This document shows, in pieces, positions 9,088 to 18,439 of a stretch of 64,000 nt of DNA. The translations under genes were made by a program, and so were the position numbers. Source of the stretch: a bacterium GBS-1 (GTDB lineage Bacteria > Synergistota > GBS-1); the NCBI GenBank assembly GCA_001443005.1, contig LEKQ01000005.1, positions 64,809 through 128,808 of the forward strand. The letters are read 5' to 3'. The notes below the pieces were generated by a model, which was given only the letters and a program-made list of their open reading frames with translations, did not search any database and had not been told where the DNA came from. The first letter of the stretch is position 1; every line of letters begins with the position of its first letter.

Positions 9088-9759
9088 TCATTTCTCGCTA
9101 TATAGAATTTCATAATTGGGGAATAGGCTCTCAAAGGCTTCTAAGTAGAGCTTTTTTACCTCGCTCATCGGAGGAGAAAAACCCTTGAGGCTCTTAATCG
9201 ATACCATCTCTACTCCACTTAAGCCGCAGGGGGTTATAAGTGAGAAGTGCTTTAAAATGGGGTCTACGTTGAAGGCTGTTCCATGGTAGCTTATCCACTT
9301 TCCTCCCTTTCTCTTGATCCCTATCCCTATGGAGGCTATCTTTCTCCTTTGATCTATCCATATGCCGGGGTATCCTTCCCTTCTCTGAGCTTTTATCCCA
9401 TATCTTTCAAGGACCCTTATTATCGCCTCCTCTAACCTCCATACGTACTCCTTCACGTTGCAGTCCAAGGGGATTATAGGGTATGAGATGAGCTGCCCCG
9501 GTCCATGATAGGTCACATCTCCTCCTCTATCGGTTTCAACCACCTTTATGCCTTCTTTTTTTAGTATCTCTTCGGGTGCGAGGATGTTCTCCCTCTTTGC
9601 CCTCTTACCTAGGGTTAGGACCGGCGTGTGCTCCAAAAGGAGAAGGAAGCCCACTTTCTCCTCGCTCATAACCCTATCAATTAGCTCCCTCTGTAGTTTT
9701 AGACACTCCTCATAATCAACGGGATCTTGGAAGTTAAGCAGAGAAACCTTAACCTTCAT
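9088..9759 (-). CDS. lipB: lipoyl(octanoyl) transferase
   Basis: 223 aa. TDRGGDVTYHGPGQLISYPI is the LipB catalytic region. Start codons overlap with the xpt stop. Confidence 0.85.
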   Translation of the reverse strand: MKVKVSLLNFQDPVDYEECLKLQRELIDRVMSEEKVGFLLLLEHTPVLTLGKRAKRENILAPEEILKKEGIKVVETDRGGDVTYHGPGQLISYPIIPLDCNVKEYVWRLEEAIIRVLERYGIKAQRREGYPGIWIDQRRKIASIGIGIKRKGGKWISYHGTAFNVDPILKHFSLITPCGLSGVEMVSIKSLKGFSPPMSEVKKLYLEAFESLFPNYEILYSEK

Positions 9760-10316
9760 GGCCTTACTATAAGGGGCTTAAGCGAATCAACCTTGGCTAA
9801 GGACTCTATCCTGTAACCCTGAAGCCTATCTCTTCCTCTTTGGAATGTCTTCTCTATGCAGACCCCTATACCTATAACTTCTCCCTTCGCTTCCTCTACC
9901 ATCTCACAAAGGGCCTTAATCGTCTCTCCTGTGGCCAAGAAGTCATCTATTATTAAGACTCTATCACCTCTGGATATGTAGTCTCCGGAGAGGGTAATTG
10001 TGGTTTCCTCAAGCTTCGTTCTCGATGTTATCCTCCTTTCGAGGACCCTTTCCCCCAAGGTTATCGGTTTTCTCTTTCTTGCGAAGAGCATCGGAACATT
10101 TAAGGCGAAAGCCGTGAATAGCGCGGGTGGTATTCCCGAAGCCTCTAAGGTTAAAACCAGACAAACCTTCTCATCTTTAAATAGGAGAGCAAACCTTTCT
10201 CCTATTTTCCTCATCAATATCGGGTCAACCCGGTGATTTAAGAACCCATCTACCCTGAGTATGGTATCTCCTATTATGCGACCCTCAAGCCTTATTCTTT
10301 CTATCAATTCTTCCAT
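9756..10316 (-). CDS. xpt: xanthine phosphoribosyltransferase
   Basis: 186 aa. PRTase motif VLIIDDFLATGETI. The N-terminal region resembles Xpt/PurR-like type-I PRTases. Confidence 0.75.
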   Translation of the reverse strand: MEELIERIRLEGRIIGDTILRVDGFLNHRVDPILMRKIGERFALLFKDEKVCLVLTLEASGIPPALFTAFALNVPMLFARKRKPITLGERVLERRITSRTKLEETTITLSGDYISRGDRVLIIDDFLATGETIKALCEMVEEAKGEVIGIGVCIEKTFQRGRDRLQGYRIESLAKVDSLKPLIVRP

Positions 10317-10394
10317 GATATAAGATTATAACATAAGTTAGCTCTTTCAGCCCTTGATCATGCTGTATAATATCAATTGAGGGGGGATGAAGGT

Positions 10395-11672
10395 TTGAAT
10401 TTAAGAGAAGACGTCCTTGATGTTATAAGTTTCGCTATCGAGAGGGTTCTTCCTGATAGGGCGGTTAAGGATGCCATCTTGAGGGAAGGATTAGGGAAGC
10501 TTAAGAACGTAGGTTTGGTGGCTATAGGTAAGGCTGCTTGGAGGATGGCTAAGGCCGCTAAGGAAGCTCTGGGTGAGGTACTTAAATGGGGGATCGTTAT
10601 AACCAAGTATAAACATTCCCTCGGAGAGATAGAGGGCGTTGAGATATACGAAGCTGGTCATCCCATACCTGATGAGAACACCCTTTATGCTACTAAAAGG
10701 GTTTTGGAGAAGGTCTCCTCTCTTAAGGAAGGAGATAATCTCCTATTTCTAGTTTCGGGTGGAGGTTCCGCTTTATTCGAGTACCCCCTTGAGGGGATCA
10801 GCCTAGAGGATTTAAAGAGGGTAAATGAGCTTCTTCTTAAGTCTGGTGCTGACATAGTTGAGATGAACACGGTTAGGAAGCACATTTCCGCAGTTAAGGG
10901 GGGTAGGTTCGCTAAGGCCGTTTATCCAGCCTTCATATATTCCCTGATCTTGTCTGATGTTCTCGGAGATCGATTGGACTCCATAGCTTCGGGGCCAGCT
11001 TATCCTGATGAGACGACTTACGCTGATGCCCTTAAGGTCATAGATAAATACGGGCTTAGGGATAAGATGCCCTCTTCGGTTTTAAATATACTCGAGAGGG
11101 GAGTTAGCGGTGAAGTTGATGAAACCCCTAAGAGGCTTGACAACGTTAAAAGCGTGATAATAGGTAGTGTTAGCTTGGCTTGCAGATATGCGATTGAGAG
11201 GGCAAAGTTTTTGGGTTATAATACCCTATTTCTAACTTCGACTTTAAACTGTGAGGCCTCAGAGGCAGGGAGGTTTATCGCGGAGATATTGAAGGAGATC
11301 AAAAGATCCTCCAACCCTATTTCCCCTCCGTGCATGATTGTCCTCGGAGGGGAGACCGTGGTTCACGTTAGGGGAAACGGTAAGGGGGGAAGGTCTCAGG
11401 AGCTCGCATTATCCTCGGCTATATCCCTAAGAGGGGAGAGGGGAGTGGTGGTTGCAGCCGTTGGCACCGATGGGACCGATGGCCCCACCGATGCCGCTGG
11501 AGGCATGGTTGATGGAGAGAGCTTCGAGAGGATGCTACTTAACGGTGTTGATCCTGAAAGGGCCTTGCTTGATAACGACTCTTATAACGCTCTTAAGGCG
11601 AGTGGTGACTTGATAATAACTGGTCCTACAGGAACCAACGTTAACGATATAGTTATAGGTGCCGTCATTTGA
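10395..11672 (+). CDS. glycerate 2-kinase, MOFRL family (DUF4147 + MOFRL domains)
   Basis: Gly-rich LFLVSGGGSALFE and the C-terminal motif AAVGTDGTDGPTDAAG, as in TM1585-type glycerate kinases. The start is probably TTG at 10395, which has a strong GAGGGGGG RBS. The longest ORF begins at 10377 but has no RBS. Confidence 0.7.
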   Translation: MNLREDVLDVISFAIERVLPDRAVKDAILREGLGKLKNVGLVAIGKAAWRMAKAAKEALGEVLKWGIVITKYKHSLGEIEGVEIYEAGHPIPDENTLYATKRVLEKVSSLKEGDNLLFLVSGGGSALFEYPLEGISLEDLKRVNELLLKSGADIVEMNTVRKHISAVKGGRFAKAVYPAFIYSLILSDVLGDRLDSIASGPAYPDETTYADALKVIDKYGLRDKMPSSVLNILERGVSGEVDETPKRLDNVKSVIIGSVSLACRYAIERAKFLGYNTLFLTSTLNCEASEAGRFIAEILKEIKRSSNPISPPCMIVLGGETVVHVRGNGKGGRSQELALSSAISLRGERGVVVAAVGTDGTDGPTDAAGGMVDGESFERMLLNGVDPERALLDNDSYNALKASGDLIITGPTGTNVNDIVIGAVI

Positions 11673-12699
11673 GAACTGGTTCTCCGTTATAAGTTATGGA
11701 TCTTATTATCTTTTCCGCCAATTCTACTACCCTAGGTGGTAAAGGGGAGTAGGATAGCTCGGAGGCTAGAGCCTGCCCTTCGGTGACCATCCAAAGTAGG
11801 AGTTTCGCAAGCTCCCTTGCCTTCTCAATGCTTCTTTTACCATAGGCCTGTTCCTTATATACTATTATCCAGGTGAGGCTGCTTAAAGGATAACCGTCGG
11901 GGGAGATTGTGTCCGTCAGGTCAGCTATGGTATCCTCTGGGATATCTATATTTGCGGATGCCGTTATTGACTGAACCGATGGCTCTATAAAATTTCCGCT
12001 TTTGTTCTGAATAGAGGCATATGCCATATTATTCTGAACGGCGTAAACGAACTCTATGTAACCTAGGCTGCCGGGGATTTGCTTTATTAGGCCAGCGACA
12101 CCAGGGTTCCCCTTTCCTCCTATGCCTGTAGGCCACTTAAGCGCCTTTCCAATTCCTACCTTGCTTTTCCACTCCTCACTGATCTTGCTCAAGTATTGAC
12201 TTAATATGTAGGTGCTTCCGCTTCCATCAGATCTATGAACTACGGTTATCCTCATGTTAGGAAGTTTAACATCAGGGTTGAGCTTAACCAGCTCAGGATC
12301 ATCCCAGCTCTTTATCTTACCCAGGAAGATATCCGCAAGCACCTTTCCATTTAATTTTATCTTCGGATTTCCCGGAAGGTTGTAAGCTATTACTATGGCT
12401 CCCAGACAGGTGGGGATGTGAAGTATAGGGGAACCGGCTTCCTTTAGCTCTTCCTCGGTTAAAGGTGCATCTGTAGCTCCAAAGTCCACCGTCTTGTTGA
12501 TAAGCTGTCTGATGCCTCCCCCAGACCCTATTGCCTGATAGTTTACCTTTACTCCCGTTTTCTCGTAGTAAGAGGCAAATAGCTTGGAGTAAAGAGGGTA
12601 AGGGAAGGTGGCTCCTGCGCCGATTAACTCACTTTTAGTAGCTTCTGCCTGTGATGCGAAAATGGCTAACGTAAGAAGCATTAGCAAAACCTTTTTCAC
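11665..12699 (-). CDS. pstS: phosphate ABC transporter substrate-binding protein, PstS family (orphan, no pstCAB nearby)
   Basis: Signal peptide followed by GAGATFPYPLY and SGGG motifs, 344 aa. Confidence 0.85.
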   Translation of the reverse strand: MKKVLLMLLTLAIFASQAEATKSELIGAGATFPYPLYSKLFASYYEKTGVKVNYQAIGSGGGIRQLINKTVDFGATDAPLTEEELKEAGSPILHIPTCLGAIVIAYNLPGNPKIKLNGKVLADIFLGKIKSWDDPELVKLNPDVKLPNMRITVVHRSDGSGSTYILSQYLSKISEEWKSKVGIGKALKWPTGIGGKGNPGVAGLIKQIPGSLGYIEFVYAVQNNMAYASIQNKSGNFIEPSVQSITASANIDIPEDTIADLTDTISPDGYPLSSLTWIIVYKEQAYGKRSIEKARELAKLLLWMVTEGQALASELSYSPLPPRVVELAEKIIRSITYNGEPVLK

Positions 12700-12732
12700 A
12701 TTTAACCCCTCCTTGATTTAATCTTTCTAGCA

Positions 12733-12748
12733 TGCTAATATTAGCATA
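12733..12748. promoter_or_regulatory. perfect 16-bp palindrome ATGCTAATATTAGCAT in the pstS/chrA divergent intergenic region (putative operator)
   Basis: Read directly from the sequence. It overlaps a second palindrome, TAGCATGCTA, at 12727-12736. Confidence 0.35.
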
Positions 12749-12777
12749 ACTTGATTTCACTTATCAAGGAGAGCGAG

Positions 12778-13332
12778 ATGGGCGTGAACGTGAAATCCTC
12801 TCTCTTGGAGATATTCCTTGTCACCTTAAAGATAGGTGGTTTTACTTTCGGTGGAGGGTGGGCTATGGTCCCCTTGATGAGAAACGAGCTCGTCTCGAAA
12901 AGAGGATGGTTGAGCGAAGAGGAGTTTATGGATATAGTCTGTATAGCTCAAGGTTTTCCTGGTCCGATAATGGTTAACCTCTCCGTTATGTGTGGAAATA
13001 GACTTTTAGGTTTAAAGGGGGCTCTGGTTGCCCTTTTGGGTTCAGTGTTGCCATCACTCGTCGTTATACTTCTTATAGCTTCAGCTTTGACGAAGTTTGG
13101 GGAAAGTTCCTACATTAAGAGCTTCTTAAACGGTATGAAACCAGCTCTGTTTTCGGTATTGATCTATGCTATCTATAGGATGAGGAAGACCGTAACCGGG
13201 AGCGGTTTGGCGATCGCTTTAGCCTTGATAGCCTTCCTCTTTGTTTCTCTTCTTAAGGTCAATCCCTTCTTCATCATAGCGATTGCTGCCCTTTCGGGCA
13301 CAGGTTATGGGTTGGTGAAGATGAGAAAATGA
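12778..13332 (+). CDS. chrA: chromate transporter family protein (short ChrA, N-half paralog)
   Basis: GGFTFGGGWAMVPLM chromate-transporter signature. Probable start is ATG at 12778 with an AAGGAGAG RBS. The longest ORF begins at 12751. Confidence 0.8.
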   Translation: MGVNVKSSLLEIFLVTLKIGGFTFGGGWAMVPLMRNELVSKRGWLSEEEFMDIVCIAQGFPGPIMVNLSVMCGNRLLGLKGALVALLGSVLPSLVVILLIASALTKFGESSYIKSFLNGMKPALFSVLIYAIYRMRKTVTGSGLAIALALIAFLFVSLLKVNPFFIIAIAALSGTGYGLVKMRK

Positions 13333-13850
13333 ATCTTTTTAAGCTTTTTTTCTCCTTTCTGAGCATAGGTGTTGTGAGCTTCGGTGGGGGTTATAGCATT
13401 CTTAAGGTGATGATGCATGAGCTTATAGATGTGAGGGGTTGGATCTCGTTAGAGGAGTTTCTCGATATATCTGCCATATCCCAGTCTACGCCTGGCCCCA
13501 TAGGTTTAAACGCAGCTACCTTTGTTGGATATAAAGTGGGAGGATTGTGGGGAAGCTTAATAGCTACCTTCTCTGTGGTTTTGGCTCCCTTTCTTCTTTC
13601 CTACTTTGTCGGAAGCTATATATTTAAGCGTAGAAATGAGGGGGTCCTTTCTTACATGCTTATTGGGTTGAGGCCGATTACAGTAGCCTTGATAGCTGGA
13701 GCTGCCTTTACCTTCGCCCCCTTGGTTTTAAAAACCCCGGTTCAGGCTGTTATCGCGATATTATCTTTTCTTCTTCTATTTGTCTTCAAAGTTGATCCGA
13801 TCATCTTGCTTATCTCGTGCGGTCTTTTAGGTCTTCTCTTGAAGCTTTAG
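13329..13850 (+). CDS. chrA: chromate transporter family protein (short ChrA, second paralog)
   Basis: VSFGGGYSILKVMMHEL signature. ATGA overlap with the upstream ChrA gene. This is the typical split-ChrA pair arrangement. Confidence 0.8.
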   Translation: MNLFKLFFSFLSIGVVSFGGGYSILKVMMHELIDVRGWISLEEFLDISAISQSTPGPIGLNAATFVGYKVGGLWGSLIATFSVVLAPFLLSYFVGSYIFKRRNEGVLSYMLIGLRPITVALIAGAAFTFAPLVLKTPVQAVIAILSFLLLFVFKVDPIILLISCGLLGLLLKL

Positions 13851-14571
13851 TTTCTCCGAGATAGCTTCTTACTACCTCTTCCTTCTCAAGGAGCTCTCTT
13901 GAGGAGCCTTCCAAGACTATTCTCCCTGTTTGAAGGACATAACCTCTGTGTGATATATTTAAAGCTTGCTTTGCATTCTGTTCAACCAAGAGTATCGTCA
14001 CTCCCTCTTGGTTTATCCTCTTAAGTTCCTTGAATATCTCCTTGACCAAGAGGGGAGCGAGCCCCAGGGATGGCTCATCTAAGAGGAGTATCTTGGGTCT
14101 GCTCATCAGCCCCCTCGCTATTGAAAGCATCTGCTGTTCCCCGCCGGATAGCGTTCCGGCGTATTGGTTATTCCTCTCTTTCAGTCTTGGAAAGAGAGAA
14201 TAAACCCATTCAAGGTCACTCTTTATGTTCTCCCTATCCTTCCTCGGAAAGGCTCCCATAAGCAGGTTTTCGTATACGGTAAGGTTTGCAAAAACGCGCC
14301 TTCCCTCTGGAACGAGGGATATCCCCAAGCTCACGACCTCATAGGGTATGGGGGGAAGAGGTTTACCTTCAAAGAGGATCTCGCCGCTTTCCCTTTTAAC
14401 CTCTCCCATTATAGCCTTCATGAGGGTGCTCTTTCCTGCGCCATTAGCTCCTATGACGCAGACGATCTCTCCCCTCGTGACTTTTAGGCTTATGCCTAGA
14501 AGCGCTCTTATAGCACCATAGCTTACCTTTAAATCCCTTACCTCCAACATAGGATTATCTTTATCCTTCAA
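13810..14571 (-). CDS. livF: branched-chain amino acid ABC transporter ATP-binding protein
   Basis: Walker A GANGAGKST, LSGGEQQ signature, and the ...YLG C-terminus typical of LivF. Confidence 0.9.
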   Translation of the reverse strand: MKDKDNPMLEVRDLKVSYGAIRALLGISLKVTRGEIVCVIGANGAGKSTLMKAIMGEVKRESGEILFEGKPLPPIPYEVVSLGISLVPEGRRVFANLTVYENLLMGAFPRKDRENIKSDLEWVYSLFPRLKERNNQYAGTLSGGEQQMLSIARGLMSRPKILLLDEPSLGLAPLLVKEIFKELKRINQEGVTILLVEQNAKQALNISHRGYVLQTGRIVLEGSSRELLEKEEVVRSYLGETKASREDLKDRTR

Positions 14572-14573
14572 GG

Positions 14574-15350
14574 TTAAACCTCCTCACCGAGATATGCCCT
14601 TAGGACTTCAGGGTGGTTCATTACTTCATTCGGTGTCCCTTCCGCTATCTTCTCACCGAAGTTCATGCATATGACGTGTGGACAGACCCCGACCACCAAA
14701 TCCATGTGATGCTCTATAACCATTGTGGTTAGCTTGAACTCCCTGTGTATATCTACGATCAATTCGCTTAGTTCCGCTACCTCCTCGGGGTTCATCCCCG
14801 CAGCAGGTTCATCAAGCAAAAGCAGCTTGGGCTTAAGAGCCAAGGCTCTGGCTATCTCCAATCTTCTTTGGTGCCCGTAGGGTAGTGTCCCAGCCCTTTG
14901 GAAGGCTCTCTCCTTTAACCCCATCTTTTCAAGGTAATACATGCTCTCATCCTTTATGGCGCTCTCATATCGACGCCACCTTCCCATGTGTAAGCAGGCC
15001 TCTAAGAAGGAGTATCTTAAGTGATTTTGACAGGCAGTCATGACGTTTTCAAGGGCTGTCGCCCGAGGGAATAACCTGAGGTTTTGGAAGGTTCTAGCTA
15101 CCCCCTTTCTTATTATCTCGTAGCTCTTTAAGGGGGTTATCTCCTCACCGTTGAAGATTATCCTTCCCTCATCTACAGGGTAAAGCCCGGTTATCAGGTT
15201 GAAGACCGTGGTCTTTCCCGCTCCGTTGGGGCCTATTAGACCTACGAGCTCCCCTTCATTCACCTTTATTGACAGCTCTTTGACCGCTACGATCCCGCCG
15301 AAGCGCTTGGTCACACCGTTGAGCTCAAGTAGGCCTCCCATGCTCACCAC
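14574..15350 (-). CDS. livG: branched-chain amino acid ABC transporter ATP-binding protein
   Basis: Walker A GPNGAGKTT and the LivG-type insertion. Confidence 0.9.
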   Translation of the reverse strand: MVSMGGLLELNGVTKRFGGIVAVKELSIKVNEGELVGLIGPNGAGKTTVFNLITGLYPVDEGRIIFNGEEITPLKSYEIIRKGVARTFQNLRLFPRATALENVMTACQNHLRYSFLEACLHMGRWRRYESAIKDESMYYLEKMGLKERAFQRAGTLPYGHQRRLEIARALALKPKLLLLDEPAAGMNPEEVAELSELIVDIHREFKLTTMVIEHHMDLVVGVCPHVICMNFGEKIAEGTPNEVMNHPEVLRAYLGEEV

Positions 15351-16191
15351 GCCTTCCCATTCCTCTGATTAGCGACAGGATCTCCTTCTCACCCATAAGC
15401 CCCTCTGGTCTAAATATCATCACGAGAACCAAGGCAGCTCCATATATAAGCATTCTATATTGAGATATGGGTCTGAAAAGCTCAATTATGAGGGTTATGA
15501 TGGTTGTGCCTAAGATCGTCCCGCTTAAGGAACCTAATCCTCCGAAGACCACGACCGCTGTAAGCTCCGTCGACTTCTGAAGGTCGAACATCGTTGGTTG
15601 GAGGAAGGTCATGAAACCGGCAAATAGCCCGCCTGCTATTCCGCAGTAAAGAGCGGATATAGATAGGCTTAAGATCCTATATTTTGCGGTATTAAAGCCA
15701 AGGAGAGATGCTGCCAGGTAATCATCTCTGCAGGCTTTGAAGGCCCTTCCATAGTTGCTTTTAATCAGGTTGAAGGTTATCCAGGTTAAGATGATGAAGA
15801 AGGTCAAGGCCACTGGTAGGGTTGTAAAGCTATCTATCCCTGGAAAACCCCTTGCTCCCCTTGTTACGGGCTCCCAGTTCTCTATTATCAATCTCACGGT
15901 TTCTCCAAGTCCTATCGAGGCTATGGCGAAGTAGTCTCCCATTAGCTTCAAGGTTGGTATCCCTATGAGATAGGCTATTGCCATCGCAAGAAGCCCACCT
16001 AATATAACGGAGGGTAGCCAGTGAAGGTTGTGCTTCATCGTCAATATGGCTGTCGTGTAAGCCCCTATAGCCATGTAGGCCGCGTTTCCCAAGGTGAATA
16101 TACCGGTGAATCCGGTGAGCAGGCTGACCCCCATAGCAGCTATGGAGTTTATGCAAGTTAATATTATTATGCCTTCTATATATGTGGGCAA
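15325..16191 (-). CDS. livM: branched-chain amino acid ABC transporter permease
   Basis: Polytopic LivM-type permease, 288 aa. Confidence 0.85.
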   Translation of the reverse strand: MPTYIEGIIILTCINSIAAMGVSLLTGFTGIFTLGNAAYMAIGAYTTAILTMKHNLHWLPSVILGGLLAMAIAYLIGIPTLKLMGDYFAIASIGLGETVRLIIENWEPVTRGARGFPGIDSFTTLPVALTFFIILTWITFNLIKSNYGRAFKACRDDYLAASLLGFNTAKYRILSLSISALYCGIAGGLFAGFMTFLQPTMFDLQKSTELTAVVVFGGLGSLSGTILGTTIITLIIELFRPISQYRMLIYGAALVLVMIFRPEGLMGEKEILSLIRGMGRRGEHGRPT

Positions 16192-16203
16192 GGTCCTTCC
16201 CCC

Positions 16204-17082
16204 CTAAACCTTCTCGCTTATCGCCTTTCCTAAAAGACCTGTTGGCTTGAAAAGTAGCGTTACTACGAGAGCACCGAAGACCACCACATCCCTCAGCTGG
16301 CTCGATATGAAGCCGGCGGTTAACATCTCGGCCGTTCCAAGGATCAGGGATCCGATTACCGCTCCTCTTAGGGAGCCCAATCCTCCAACGACCGCTGCGA
16401 CGAAAGCCTTTATGGTTATAAAGCCTAGCTGTGGGTAGAGGGTATACCTTACGGATAGGAAGATGCCACTTACTGCTGCAAGAAGCCCAGCCAAAAAGAA
16501 AACCAACGATATGAGCTTGTTCACGTTTACGCCCATCAATCCCGCTACCCTAAGGTCGTAGGCTGCCGCTCTTATGGCGAGCCCCCATCTCGTTCTTTGG
16601 AGGAAGAACTCAAGGCCAGTGAGGAAGGCTATGGTTATCAGGAAGACCAGGATGTCGAAGAAGGAGATGGTGATACTCCCTATCCTTATGGGGTAGGTTG
16701 GTATCACTGGTGGTAGAGCTCTAAACCTTCCACCTGCCATTATCACCCAGAAGTTCTCTATCACTATGCTCATGCCCATGGAGGCTATGAGGAGGTAGAG
16801 CGTTAGGTTGGTCTTCTCTCTTATAGGCTTGTATGCTAACCTTTCGGTTGCTATCGCTGAGAGCCCAGCCCCGATGAGGGAAAGGGCTCCAGCTACCCAG
16901 ATGTTATTATTTGTTAGGGTGAGCATATAATAGCATATATATCCGCCGGTGACTAGAAACCCACCGTGAGCAAAGTTCGAAAAAAGCAGTATAGAATATA
17001 CCAGTGAGTATCCAACCGCTATTAGAGCGTAAACCGAACCCAAGGAAAGACCATTTATAATCTGTTGAATTAAGGATTCCAA
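16204..17082 (-). CDS. livH: branched-chain amino acid ABC transporter permease
   Basis: N-terminal MESLIQQIINGLSLG, typical of LivH. TTG start. Confidence 0.9.
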   Translation of the reverse strand: MESLIQQIINGLSLGSVYALIAVGYSLVYSILLFSNFAHGGFLVTGGYICYYMLTLTNNNIWVAGALSLIGAGLSAIATERLAYKPIREKTNLTLYLLIASMGMSIVIENFWVIMAGGRFRALPPVIPTYPIRIGSITISFFDILVFLITIAFLTGLEFFLQRTRWGLAIRAAAYDLRVAGLMGVNVNKLISLVFFLAGLLAAVSGIFLSVRYTLYPQLGFITIKAFVAAVVGGLGSLRGAVIGSLILGTAEMLTAGFISSQLRDVVVFGALVVTLLFKPTGLLGKAISEKV

Positions 17083-17109
17083 CTTTTAAGGTTTCACCTC
17101 CGATTTTAG

Positions 17110-17163
17110 TAGTTAGAAGGCAGGGTCGTTCCACACCCTGCCTTCTAACTACTTTCTCTTTTT
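17110..17163 (+). terminator. perfect 17-bp hairpin (TAGTTAGAAGGCAGGGT / ACCCTGCCTTCTAACTA, 8-nt loop) followed by CTTTCTCTTTTT on the + strand
   Basis: Read directly from the sequence. It lies between minus-strand livK and livH. The T-run follows the stem only on the + strand. Confidence 0.45.
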
Positions 17164-17175
17164 AAGTCTTACCTT

Positions 17176-18333
17176 TTAGGGCTCCTCAGGCCTTACCTTG
17201 TCGTGGAAAACGGCTTTTCTTTCTTTGCAATATAAGATAACCGCATCCTTGTTAAGCGGGTCATGGGTGTTGGGGTCGATAGTGATCGTGGCATGTAAGA
17301 GCTTAAGATTTTTTGTGTTTTCTAAGGCATCTCTTATAGCCTTAGGATCGGCGCTTCCAGCCCTCCTTATGGCGTCAGCCAGAAGATACATAGCATCATA
17401 AGCTAAAATCCCGTTTACAAACTCCTTGCACTCATCGTTGTATTTCTTCCTATAGGCTTCGAAAAAGGGCCTTAAGGCTGGGTCGTCAGGGGATACATGG
17501 TTAACCCAGTAGCTTCCCTCAAGGGTATCACCCGCTATGTCCCACATGAAGTCAGCGTATCCGTCTCCTCCCATGAATATCACATCTTTCATTCCAAGCT
17601 CTCTCGCTTGCTTTATAGTTAACGCCATTTCCTTACCCATGTTGGGTAGTATTATCACGTCGGGTTTAGCTTTAGCTATCTCGGTAAGCTGAGCTCTGAA
17701 GTCGACGTCAACTCCACCGCGGAAGGCCAAGTCTGCTACGATTTCCCCTCCGAACTTCTTGTAGTTCTCTATGAAAAATTCGCGAAGTCCCTGAGAGTAA
17801 TCGCTGCTCACATCGTATAGTATGGCTGCTTTCTTCAACTTGAGTTTCTTAGCAGCGTAGTAGGCCAAGACCTTCCCCTGGTAGGGATCAGTAAAGCATA
17901 TCCTGAAAGAGTAAGGCCTTACCCTTCCCTTTTCGTCAACTGTTACGCGTGGGTTAGTGGATACGGTTCCTATCTGAGGGATACCAGCGCGGTTAACCAG
18001 GGGAGCTACAGCTATGTTCACGCCAGAGGAGTTGGCTCCGACTATCGCTACCACCTTATCTTGCTCGATCATCCTTCTGACGGCATTTACCGCGTCTTCC
18101 TGACGACTCCTGAAGTCGTAAGGTACGAGCTCAATCTTAAGCCCTTTAGGTAATATTCCTGATGCGTTAATCTCTTCTACAGCGAGCTGTGCTGCCTTGA
18201 CCTCGGTCTGTCCATAAGCTGCCCAGTCTCCCGTTAAAGCTGCGAGATATCCAACTTTGATGATGGTCTCCGCGCTAGCTAACCCTGCCGCCGAAAGAGC
18301 AAGGCAAACCGCAAGAAGCAAGACCTTCTTCAC
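17176..18333 (-). CDS. livK: branched-chain amino acid ABC transporter substrate-binding protein
   Basis: Signal peptide, 385 aa, LivJ/LivK periplasmic-binding fold pattern. GTG start with an AAGGGGGTGG RBS. Confidence 0.9.
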   Translation of the reverse strand: MKKVLLLAVCLALSAAGLASAETIIKVGYLAALTGDWAAYGQTEVKAAQLAVEEINASGILPKGLKIELVPYDFRSRQEDAVNAVRRMIEQDKVVAIVGANSSGVNIAVAPLVNRAGIPQIGTVSTNPRVTVDEKGRVRPYSFRICFTDPYQGKVLAYYAAKKLKLKKAAILYDVSSDYSQGLREFFIENYKKFGGEIVADLAFRGGVDVDFRAQLTEIAKAKPDVIILPNMGKEMALTIKQARELGMKDVIFMGGDGYADFMWDIAGDTLEGSYWVNHVSPDDPALRPFFEAYRKKYNDECKEFVNGILAYDAMYLLADAIRRAGSADPKAIRDALENTKNLKLLHATITIDPNTHDPLNKDAVILYCKERKAVFHDKVRPEEP

Positions 18334-18439
18334 TAGCGCCCACCCCCTTATTCTTGAAGTTTACATCTTCTTTATTTTAGGATAAAATAAGTATTCATGT
18401 AAAGGTATGTACGAAAAATTTAAAGGGGGTGGATTTCGA

